Notes under the pieces: model-generated
Told to the model about the DNA's origin: nothing
The model's input: the letters and a program-made list of their open reading frames with translations, nothing else
Databases searched by the model: none
Program-made: the position numbers and the translations under genes
DNA from: Sulfitobacter sp.
Lineage (GTDB): Bacteria > Pseudomonadota > Alphaproteobacteria > Rhodobacterales > Rhodobacteraceae
Assembly: GCF_036961165.1 (NCBI RefSeq)
Contig: NZ_JBALVJ010000001.1
Coordinates: 76,999 to 140,998, forward strand
DNA length: 64,000 bases
Direction of reading: 5' to 3'
Shown: positions 1 to 7,767 of the stretch, one piece after another
How positions within the stretch are numbered: position 1 is the first letter of the stretch
Layout: each line of letters begins with the position of its first letter

Positions 1-1066
1 TAGACGAGTCCAGGTCAGCGGTCAGAACGGACGCGTCATAGTCAGACAAGCCAAAGTCATTGATAAATCGTGACTTCTTGGCATCTGGAAGCTCGGGCAG
101 GGTCGCCTTGATCTGGTCAACCCATGCTTGTTCAATCTCCAACGGCAGCAGGTCGGGGTCGGGGAAATAGCGGTAATCATGCGCTTCTTCTTTTGAGCGC
201 ATGCTGCGTGTTTCCTGCTTGTCCGGATCGAACAGGCGCGTCTCTTGGGTGACTTCACCGCCGCCTTCAACAATTGCGATCTGGCGCTTTGCTTCAACTT
301 CAATCGCTTGCTGGATGAAGCGCATCGAGTTCATGTTCTTGATCTCGCACCGCGTGCCGAGGTGGGAGAAGTCACCGGTGGCTGCGTATTTCTCGTACTG
401 GCCGGGGGCACATATAGAGACGTTGACGTCGGCGCGCATGGCACCGGACTGCATGTCGCCGTTACACGTACCAAGATAGCGCAGGATTTGGCGCAGTTTG
501 GCAAGGTAAGCGGCGGCTTCTTCAGGCCCACGGATATCGGGGCGGGAGACGATCTCCATCAGCGCCACGCCTGTTCGGTTCAGGTCAACAAAGGACATGT
601 TTGGGTCCATGTCGTGAATGGATTTACCCGCGTCCTGCTCAAGGTGGATACGCTCGACACCGACCATGCGTGCCGTGCCATCGCCCATTTCCACCAGCAC
701 TTCACCTTCGCCCACAATGGGGTGGTAAAGCTGGGAAATCTGGTAGCCTTGGGGCAGGTCGGGGTAGAAATAATTCTTACGGTCAAACGCGGACCACAGA
801 TTGATCTGCGCCTTAAGGCCAAGGCCGGTGCGCACAGCCTGCTCAACGCAGAATTCGTTGATGGTGGGCAGCATGCCGGGCATCGCCGCGTCCACAAAGG
901 CCACGTTGCTATTTGGTTCGGCACCGAATTTGGTGGACGACCCTGAGAAAAGCTTGGCGTTTGAGGCGACCTGCGCATGGACCTCCATGCCGATCACCAG
1001 CTCCCAGTCTTGCTTGGCCCCCGCAATTGTGCGGACTTTGGGTGTGTCATAGGTGAGGTCGAGCAT
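1..1066 (-). CDS. gatB: Asp-tRNA(Asn)/Glu-tRNA(Gln) amidotransferase subunit B (3' end outside window)
   Basis: Manual translation from ATG at 1066: [10 protein letters not shown]...[12 protein letters not shown]; further motifs [14 protein letters not shown] and [10 protein letters not shown]. Absent from the ORF track because it runs off the edge. Confidence 0.96.
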   Translation of the reverse strand, partial: MLDLTYDTPKVRTIAGAKQDWELVIGMEVHAQVASNAKLFSGSSTKFGAEPNSNVAFVDAAMPGMLPTINEFCVEQAVRTGLGLKAQINLWSAFDRKNYFYPDLPQGYQISQLYHPIVGEGEVLVEMGDGTARMVGVERIHLEQDAGKSIHDMDPNMSFVDLNRTGVALMEIVSRPDIRGPEEAAAYLAKLRQILRYLGTCNGDMQSGAMRADVNVSICAPGQYEKYAATGDFSHLGTRCEIKNMNSMRFIQQAIEVEAKRQIAIVEGGGEVTQETRLFDPDKQETRSMRSKEEAHDYRYFPDPDLLPLEIEQAWVDQIKATLPELPDAKKSRFINDFGLSDYDASVLTADLDSS

Positions 1067-1096
1067 GGGAAGCGCCTTTCGCTGTCTGATGTTCAG

Positions 1097-1125
1097 GGTT
1101 TAGCGGGAGGCGTGAGGGGGGGCAA
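1097..1125 (-). promoter_or_regulatory. Putative sigma70 promoter for gatB (TTGCCC-N17-TAAACC)
   Basis: Minus strand reads TTGCCC, a 17-nt spacer, then TAAACC, about 30 nt upstream of the gatB ATG. Confidence 0.45.
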
Positions 1126-1181
1126 GAGGGGGAGGCGGAATGTCCGGTTTGAGCCCCATTTACCGGATTTACTTCTGTTCC

Positions 1182-1207
1182 ACTTTGAATCTTTAAGGAT
1201 TCAAAGT
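1182..1207. repeat. AT-rich near-perfect palindrome
   Basis: ACTTTGAATC-tttaag-GATTCAAAGT, with perfect 10-bp arms, between gatB and rsmJ. Confidence 0.7.
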
Positions 1208-1281
1208 TGTAAGTTTCTTATATCTCAGCAAAATGCCCCATGGATTTTGAAGCTCATGTATGAAATGGTGAGAAACGGAAT

Positions 1282-1884
1282 ATGAAGCAGGCTGCTGGGG
1301 AGCTACGTGTCGATTTTGTCGGTGGTGCGGTCGCGCATCGGCTCCGTTTTGGCGGGGGGCGTGGGCAGTCGCTGGCAAAGGCGATGGGGCTGCGCGGGGG
1401 TAAAACACCAATGATCATTGATGCGACGGCTGGCTTGGGCCGCGATTCATTTTTGTTGGCATCGCTCGGGGCGCAAGTAACATTGATCGAGCGGTCGGAA
1501 AAAATGCACGCCCTATTGGCAGACGGCATGGATAGAGCCGCTAAAGAGGGTGGTGAATTACGGGAAATAATTGGACGCATGACTCTCTTAAAGGGAGATG
1601 CAAAGGACTTGCTGCCGCAGTTATCCGGCGAAGCCATCTTAATTGACCCGATGCATCCCCCACGCAAAAGCTCGGCGTTGGTAAAGGCCGAGTTGCGTCA
1701 AGTTCGCGAAATTGTTGGAGCAGATGAGGACGCTGCTGATTTGGTGCGCGTAGCACTCAAGAATGCGCGCTACAGAGTAGCGTTGAAATGGCCCGTAAAG
1801 GCTGACTCAATCGAAGGCATATGCGCATTTTCCCACCAAATATTGGGGAAGACAACTCGCTATGATGTTTGGATGGTGGGCTGA
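1282..1884 (+). CDS. rsmJ: Class I SAM-dependent methyltransferase, RsmJ/YhiQ (16S rRNA m2G1516) family
   Basis: Motifs VDFVGGAVAHRLRFGGGRGQSLAKA, IIDATAGLGRDSFLLASLG and LIDPMHP. Confidence 0.8.
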   Translation: MKQAAGELRVDFVGGAVAHRLRFGGGRGQSLAKAMGLRGGKTPMIIDATAGLGRDSFLLASLGAQVTLIERSEKMHALLADGMDRAAKEGGELREIIGRMTLLKGDAKDLLPQLSGEAILIDPMHPPRKSSALVKAELRQVREIVGADEDAADLVRVALKNARYRVALKWPVKADSIEGICAFSHQILGKTTRYDVWMVG

Positions 1885-1902
1885 AGCGCACGCCAGAAAA
1901 GT

Positions 1903-1935
1903 CAGCTAAGGACCATCAATGACGGTCCTTAGCTG
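1903..1935. terminator. Hairpin between convergent genes, probable terminator
   Basis: CAGCTAAGGACC-N9-GGTCCTTAGCTG, perfect 12-bp stem. Confidence 0.65.
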
Positions 1936-1956
1936 TTAGTCTCAAGCTGTATATTG

Positions 1957-1984
1957 CCGGAGCGCTCTGACCTGAGCGCTCCGG
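1957..1984. terminator. Second hairpin between convergent genes
   Basis: CCGGAGCGCTC-tgacct-GAGCGCTCCGG, perfect 11-bp stem followed by TTTT on the + strand. Confidence 0.6.
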
Positions 1985-1991
1985 TTTTGCT

Positions 1992-3542
1992 TTACGCCAA
2001 AGCTTGCGCTTTGAGCACGCGGCGCAAGATTTTGCCGGAGGCAGATTTCGGGATCTCGTCCACGAAGGTTACGCGGTGGACCTGCTTGTAGGTCGACAGC
2101 GTCTTGGCCAGATGCGCCTTGATATCGGCCTCTGACGGGGCGGGATCGCTGGTGACAACAAAGGCCACGGGCAATTCGCCCGCTTCTTCATCGGGCAGAC
2201 CGATCACGGCAGCGTCGCTGATGCCGTCCATGCTGACCAATGTTGCCTCAAGCTCGGCCGGGGCAACTTGGAAGCCCTTGTATTTGATCAGCTCTTTGAG
2301 GCGGTCCACAATGAACATATAGCCTTCATCGTCGATATAGGCGATGTCGCCAGTCTTGAGCCAGCCGTCTTCGGTTAGCGTATCACGGGTGGCTTGCTCG
2401 TTGTTGAGGTAGCCCTTCATGACCTGCGGACCTTTGACCCAAAGTTCTCCTTCTTTGCCTGCGGGCAGGTCCTCACCGCTTTCGGGATCAACGATACGGC
2501 ACTGGGTGTTGGGCAGCGCGGTGCCGGAGGAGCCTGACTTGGGCTTGGACAGCGGGGTGGTGTGGGACACCGGCGACAGCTCGGTCATGCCGAAACCCTG
2601 AAGGGAGACACAGTTGAGCCGCTTTGCCACTGCATCAGAGACTTCTGCGCCAAGCGGGGCGGCGCCAGAAAAGATCTGCTCGACTGAGGAGAGATCATAT
2701 TTATCCACGATGGGATGTTTGGCCAACGCCAGCGCCACCGGAGGCACAATCCACATGCGGCGGGCCTTGTGGTCCTGCGAGATCTGCAAGAACAACTCAA
2801 GATCAAAGCGGGGCATCGTGACCAGCGCACCGCCGCCGGCAAGGTGCACGTTCATCAAAACGTTCATACCGTAGATATGGAAGAACGGCAGGAAGGCGGC
2901 GGCGACCTCTCCGGGACGGATATCACCGCCCTGAATAACCTGATCCACGTTCACCACCAGATTGCGGTGGCTGAGGCGCACGCCTTTTGGCAGGCCCGTG
3001 GTACCGGATGAATAGGGCAGTACAACGGGATGCTCGTCCAGATCGACGTGTGTCTGCGCTTCCATTGGGGCGCCATAGAAGGCGGACAGCGGCTCAACCC
3101 CGTCAGCTCCGCCAATCACGACAACCTGTTGGCCAGCGGCGTCTTTTGCGGCTTGCTGTGCGGTCTCAAGGAACATGGGAGTGGTGATTAGAATGTCGGC
3201 GGCGCTGTCGCGCAGCTGGTGTGCAACTTCGGAGGCGGTGTATGTCGGGTTGATGGTGGTGATGGTGCCACCAGCCCATGCAACCGCGTGGAACACGACG
3301 CAGTAATGCGGAATATTGGGCGACATCAGAGCGACTGTCTTGCCCGCGCCCATGCCACGGGCAGTTAGCCCTCCGGCAAGTTGCTTAACCTGCGCCATGA
3401 AGTCGGCGGCGGTCATCGCGGCACCGCTCATCCCGTCGGTCAGGACAACGGCGTCTGGCCGCGTCTCGAGGTTTTCGAACACCCGTTGTGTAATTGATTG
3501 ATCGCGCAGAGCAATATCTGCCGCAGCTGTCTGATATGTCAT
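1992..3542 (-). CDS. 4-coumarate:CoA ligase-like AMP-binding acyl-CoA synthetase
   Basis: Motifs YSSGTTGLPKGV, PFFHIYG, QGFGMTE, KTGD, DRLKELIKYKGFQVAPAELE and PKSASGKILRR. Confidence 0.88.
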   Translation of the reverse strand: MTYQTAAADIALRDQSITQRVFENLETRPDAVVLTDGMSGAAMTAADFMAQVKQLAGGLTARGMGAGKTVALMSPNIPHYCVVFHAVAWAGGTITTINPTYTASEVAHQLRDSAADILITTPMFLETAQQAAKDAAGQQVVVIGGADGVEPLSAFYGAPMEAQTHVDLDEHPVVLPYSSGTTGLPKGVRLSHRNLVVNVDQVIQGGDIRPGEVAAAFLPFFHIYGMNVLMNVHLAGGGALVTMPRFDLELFLQISQDHKARRMWIVPPVALALAKHPIVDKYDLSSVEQIFSGAAPLGAEVSDAVAKRLNCVSLQGFGMTELSPVSHTTPLSKPKSGSSGTALPNTQCRIVDPESGEDLPAGKEGELWVKGPQVMKGYLNNEQATRDTLTEDGWLKTGDIAYIDDEGYMFIVDRLKELIKYKGFQVAPAELEATLVSMDGISDAAVIGLPDEEAGELPVAFVVTSDPAPSEADIKAHLAKTLSTYKQVHRVTFVDEIPKSASGKILRRVLKAQALA

Positions 3543-3608
3543 GTTGGAATCTCCCTGAAAACGCAGTTTAAGCAGAGCCTGCAGGGCTGTCCAGAGGGGG
3601 CTTGCGTG

Positions 3609-5018
3609 TTACCCGGCCGTTGCGACCGGCCCATCATCGGTAAAGGTAATGCGCTTGCCCTCGGAGATCTCAGGCTTGAACAGGCTTGCGATGATGCGTA
3701 GCGCATCGTCCTGCCCGGAGGCTGCAAAACGGTGGGCCGAAGCCACACGCAGATTGTTGACAAACCCTTGCGAAGCATGGGCCCAGATCATTGGGTGAAG
3801 TTCGGTCAGATGCTCGCGCACGATCCAGTTTGCACAGCCCGCAATCTGGGCGCGCATATGGTCGGCGGCATCATTGCCAGAAAAGGCCTGACCCATTGTG
3901 TTGGAGCAATAGGCGGCAAGCAGGTTGATTGTGTGCGGTTCGGGGCGCCGTTCGACGATGTCGCGCAGGCCCTCCATGAAAAAGGGAAGGTCGAGCCGTG
4001 CGCAGGCTTCGTCATCAACGCTGATGGCGTCAAACATCACCCACGTATATCCGCCGGCTCCCCAGACTGACTGGGTGCGCGCAGCTGTCCGGCGCGCTTC
4101 CAGTTCCAGTCCCGCGTAAGAGCCGTAAGAGCGTGGCAACATATGCGTGCCAAGCGCCCGCAGAGGGCCGGTGTTATGGGGGTTCAGGTCAATCAGCGCC
4201 TGATAGCGATCGGCCACCGAACGGCTTGTGCATTTTCCACCGTGCAGCAGCGCGCAGGAGGTGTTGGCCAACAAAGCAGATTGGACCGGCTCGCCATTAA
4301 GCGGCTCAATGATTTCGTGGGCGCGGGCGAAATGCGCGTCGAAGGCTTCGCGGTTGCGTGGTGCAACCTCGACGTCCCAGCCGATGCCGCGCCATGACCA
4401 GGCCATATCCATGTGCGCTTGCGCGACAATGCATGCAATGACATAGCTATCCGCGTTTTCAGCCAGAATGTGTTCCAAGGCCTCAATACCGCTTAGCATT
4501 GGGGCATCTTCTGCCGGTACACGGTCAAGCAGGGCGTGTTCCACAGCAAGAACGACATCGGCGCGCGCGCCAAAGGCCATCAGCTCTGCCACGGTCATGC
4601 CGCCATGCGTCATTTCATTGTCGCGGTCAGCGGCTTCGATCCGGGATATAAGTTTGTCCCAGTCTTCCTGCCGCACCAGCCGCAGTGCCTCGTTCTGATG
4701 AGAATCGCGAATGCGGTCCTCAAGCGTGGGATCTGGGCAGGGGATAGAGAGTTTGTCTAGCGCGGAGGCGGTCCACTCGGCCTGTGCCATTTCGCGCGGT
4801 TTGGCCCGTTGTTGGGTGGTCGCAGAAGGCTCAGCCGACGGTAAAGAAGTGTTCTGTATAGCCGCCCTTTTTTTAGGGCGGTTGCGGAAGGGAGAGGTTT
4901 TCGCAGATGGGGTGGGCTGGCTCATAAAACCGGCGCGCGCGAACACGTCGGGCTTGGGGCCCCGCATTTTTAGGCTGAGGCCGGATAGTTTGCTAAGCAG
5001 TGTGCCCAGATGCATCAT
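3609..5018 (-). CDS. Hypothetical helical protein, DUF4034-like; true start may be downstream of 5018
   Basis: 469-aa ORF; the segment AQAHMDMAWSWRGIGWDVEV...FDAHFARA resembles the DUF4034 core as I recall it. Confidence 0.6.
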   Translation of the reverse strand: MMHLGTLLSKLSGLSLKMRGPKPDVFARAGFMSQPTPSAKTSPFRNRPKKRAAIQNTSLPSAEPSATTQQRAKPREMAQAEWTASALDKLSIPCPDPTLEDRIRDSHQNEALRLVRQEDWDKLISRIEAADRDNEMTHGGMTVAELMAFGARADVVLAVEHALLDRVPAEDAPMLSGIEALEHILAENADSYVIACIVAQAHMDMAWSWRGIGWDVEVAPRNREAFDAHFARAHEIIEPLNGEPVQSALLANTSCALLHGGKCTSRSVADRYQALIDLNPHNTGPLRALGTHMLPRSYGSYAGLELEARRTAARTQSVWGAGGYTWVMFDAISVDDEACARLDLPFFMEGLRDIVERRPEPHTINLLAAYCSNTMGQAFSGNDAADHMRAQIAGCANWIVREHLTELHPMIWAHASQGFVNNLRVASAHRFAASGQDDALRIIASLFKPEISEGKRITFTDDGPVATAG

Positions 5019-5280
5019 ATGAGTTCCATCATAGTTGGTGTTGCCGTGTTTAGATGAGTTTGCCTGTCCAATGGGGCGTTAAAGTGGCGCAGGAGCGGTC
5101 TTGTCGCGATCATCGGCGGGCATTTGCCGCTATGTTGCACGCAGAATTGGGCAGTTTGTTGCGCTGTGGTGGCGGATTAGGGTCGGATCGACGCAGTGTT
5201 GCGTGGCTGGTGACAATAGCGAGGTCAGGGCGCGCTTAACTGCTTGTCAGCTGCGACGGCGACAGATCATACTGCGGCTC

Positions 5281-6045
5281 ATGAAATGTGTAGATATTAT
5301 AGTGCGGCGTCAGGTCCGGTTCTTCGGACGGCTTGCGATGGCGGGCAGTGTTGCATTCGGATTGGGCGCTGGGGCGGCTACAGCGCAGGTGCGCGAGGTA
5401 ATCCGCCCTCCGGTGCGGTTACTTCCTGCTGCTGCTGCGCCTAGAGCTTTGGCAGTGGTTGTTGCCCCGACTGTTCCAGCACCGATGGCGCCTGTGCGTT
5501 CGGGTCACGTGCCGCGCACGCGCTGGCAGCATATGCCGGGGCATGTGCTTTGGACGCGGGCAGCGATCTCGGCGCTCAAGGATCATGGACGCCCTCTGGT
5601 CGACATGGTTCCACGCGACATCAAGGAGTGGTGTCCGGCTTACGGGACCAATGATGACGCACAGCGGCGCGCGTTCTGGGTGGGCTACATGTCAACGCTG
5701 GCCAAGTATGAGAGCACCTACAAGCCGTGGGCGGTAGGGGGCGGTGGCAAATGGTATGGGTTGCTACAGATCCTGCCTGCCACTGCGCGCGGGTATAAAT
5801 GCAATGTCGGCACTGGCGAGGCGCTCAAGAACGGTGCGGCGAACCTCAGCTGTGCGACAAGGATCATGGCCCACACCGTCAAGCGCGACGGGGTGATCCA
5901 CGGTTACGACGGCAAATGGCGCGGGGTCTCTGCCGATTGGGGGCCGATGCGTAATCCGGCCAAGCGCCGCGATATGGCCTCTTGGTTGAACCGGCAGAGC
6001 TACTGCAAGCCGCGCAATGCAACACGGCCCCGCGCACGCCCCTAA
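5281..6045 (+). CDS. Lytic transglycosylase (SLT domain), secreted; start uncertain (5281 or 5338)
   Basis: Catalytic ES motif (LAKYESTY), GLLQILPATA motif and an N-terminal signal-like segment. Confidence 0.8.
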   Translation: MKCVDIIVRRQVRFFGRLAMAGSVAFGLGAGAATAQVREVIRPPVRLLPAAAAPRALAVVVAPTVPAPMAPVRSGHVPRTRWQHMPGHVLWTRAAISALKDHGRPLVDMVPRDIKEWCPAYGTNDDAQRRAFWVGYMSTLAKYESTYKPWAVGGGGKWYGLLQILPATARGYKCNVGTGEALKNGAANLSCATRIMAHTVKRDGVIHGYDGKWRGVSADWGPMRNPAKRRDMASWLNRQSYCKPRNATRPRARP

Positions 6046-6050
6046 ACGGT

Positions 6051-6485
6051 TTATCCCAGCAAAGAGAAATGGTGCCTGCGAGTTTCCAGACCGGCCTCTT
6101 TTGCCAGCAACTCAAATGCAGCATGGGGCGGCGTGGCGGGATAGGGCACGCGGATCTTCACGCCGGACGGGCGCACGACACTCAGACGCACTGACATATC
6201 TAGACGGGTGTCAAAGCGTAGGTGGTCGATTTCTGACAAGGCGATCTTGGCCTGCTGCCGCCCGCTTTGCCAGCGTAGCGCGTTTGCGTCTAAAGTTAGG
6301 TAGCTGCGTGGATTGACCAGCACATCATAAAGCGCGGGGAGTGTAAAAGCGGCAAGGGTCAGCGTCACAGCCAGCGCGGCATCGAGCCATATGCGCGCAG
6401 CCAGCAGCGCCGCCCAGACCAGTCCCACGATCAGCGCAGTGACGGGCCGGCGCCCTTGGTTTTTATAACTGTAAGGCAGGCTCAT
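6051..6485 (-). CDS. Hypothetical membrane protein with two TM segments
   Basis: 144-aa ORF with two hydrophobic helices; its start overlaps the upstream stop (ATGA). Confidence 0.65.
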   Translation of the reverse strand: MSLPYSYKNQGRRPVTALIVGLVWAALLAARIWLDAALAVTLTLAAFTLPALYDVLVNPRSYLTLDANALRWQSGRQQAKIALSEIDHLRFDTRLDMSVRLSVVRPSGVKIRVPYPATPPHAAFELLAKEAGLETRRHHFSLLG

Positions 6486-7012
6486 GCGGTGCGGAAAATG
6501 CGGGCGAGCGTACCCATTGCGTCAGCTTGCCGTGCGCTGGCCATACCCTTGGTGCCTGCCGCTTTTACATCACCGATCACATTCATCATCTTGCTGAAAA
6601 CGGGCCCATGATCCAGCTGTTTGAGCCGTTTTGTCAGCCGCTCGAACGCAGGTGTCGGGCCGCCGCCTTGCTCCACCAGCCATGGACCCATCAGGGCCAT
6701 ATCCTGCGCTTCTTGCTGCTCAAGCTGGAGGTGCTTTTTTAAAGAGGTAATTATGACGTCCTCATCGGGTGTCACTTTGTCGTCCATCTGGGCAAAGGCG
6801 ACCGCCATGGCAGCGACGCAAAGCTCAGCCGTGGGGACGCTGACGATGGAGTGCACGTTAGGCTGCGCATGAAACCCGAGCCGTTTAGCCGCAGCCCGTA
6901 CGGGGGCAGGGGCAACACTCATGTCGCCTGCCAAATAGGCACCGCGTTGAAACCGGCGGTAGGTAAGGAAACCTACAGCAATAAGGCCGCCGAGGATAAG
7001 GATACAAAGCAT
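6482..7012 (-). CDS. Hypothetical protein, N-terminal TM plus possible TerB-like helical domain
   Basis: 176-aa ORF with N-terminal hydrophobic helix and RLGF...NVHS motif; co-directional with pepN and the SDR. Confidence 0.6.
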   Translation of the reverse strand: MLCILILGGLIAVGFLTYRRFQRGAYLAGDMSVAPAPVRAAAKRLGFHAQPNVHSIVSVPTAELCVAAMAVAFAQMDDKVTPDEDVIITSLKKHLQLEQQEAQDMALMGPWLVEQGGGPTPAFERLTKRLKQLDHGPVFSKMMNVIGDVKAAGTKGMASARQADAMGTLARIFRTA

Positions 7013-7029
7013 AGATGTCGTGCCTTTGA

Positions 7030-7767
7030 TTATCTGCCGCCGGTGACGTTGAGGGTAGAGCCGGTGACATAGCTAGCTTCCTCCGACATGAGCCAGAGCA
7101 CAGATCGCGCCACTTCATCGGCGCTGCCCGTGCGTTGCATGGGAACGTTGCCTGCAAGACGGCTGGCGCGGTCCGGATCGCCTCCCTTGGCGTGTATGTC
7201 AGTGTCGATCAGGCCGGGGGCCACGCCCATGACGCGCAGTCCCGCAGGGGCGACCTCGTCCGAGAGGCCCTTGGTAAAGATGTCCATCGCGGCCTTGGTT
7301 GCGGCGTAGTCCACGTATTGGTTGGCCGAACCCAGACGCGCTGCGGCAGAGGTGATGTTGATGATCACACCGCTGCCCAGTGGCTCCATCCGTTTGACAG
7401 CCTCTGCAGTGACGAGCATGGCGCCGATCACGTTGACATCAAACATCTGGCGCAAACGGTCATGGGTCAACTCGCTTGCGCGGGTGGCTTGGCCCACAAT
7501 ACCGGCATTGTTGACCAGCGCGGCCAGCGGGCCGGTGGCATCTACCGTTGCAAAGATACGCTCAATCGCCTGTGGGTCGGCAACATCGGCCTGAATGATC
7601 TGCGCTTTCGCGCCAAGCGTCGCGCAGGCATCCGCCACGCTTTGTGCGCCGATCCGGTCGCTGTTGTAGGTGAGCACCAGATCATATCCGCGCGCTGCTG
7701 CCAGGCGGGCGCAGGCAGCACCAATGCCTGCTGATGCGCCAGTGATCAGGCACAAAGGACGGCTCAT
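7030..7767 (-). CDS. SDR family oxidoreductase
   Basis: Motifs TGASAGIG, VNNAG, YAATK and PGLIDT. Confidence 0.92.
   Translation of the reverse strand: MSRPLCLITGASAGIGAACARLAAARGYDLVLTYNSDRIGAQSVADACATLGAKAQIIQADVADPQAIERIFATVDATGPLAALVNNAGIVGQATRASELTHDRLRQMFDVNVIGAMLVTAEAVKRMEPLGSGVIINITSAAARLGSANQYVDYAATKAAMDIFTKGLSDEVAPAGLRVMGVAPGLIDTDIHAKGGDPDRASRLAGNVPMQRTGSADEVARSVLWLMSEEASYVTGSTLNVTGGR

Noticed and set aside
1104-1138. G-rich tract that could form a G-quadruplex
   Set aside because: More simply explained as the C-rich spacer and flank of the gatB promoter on the minus strand.
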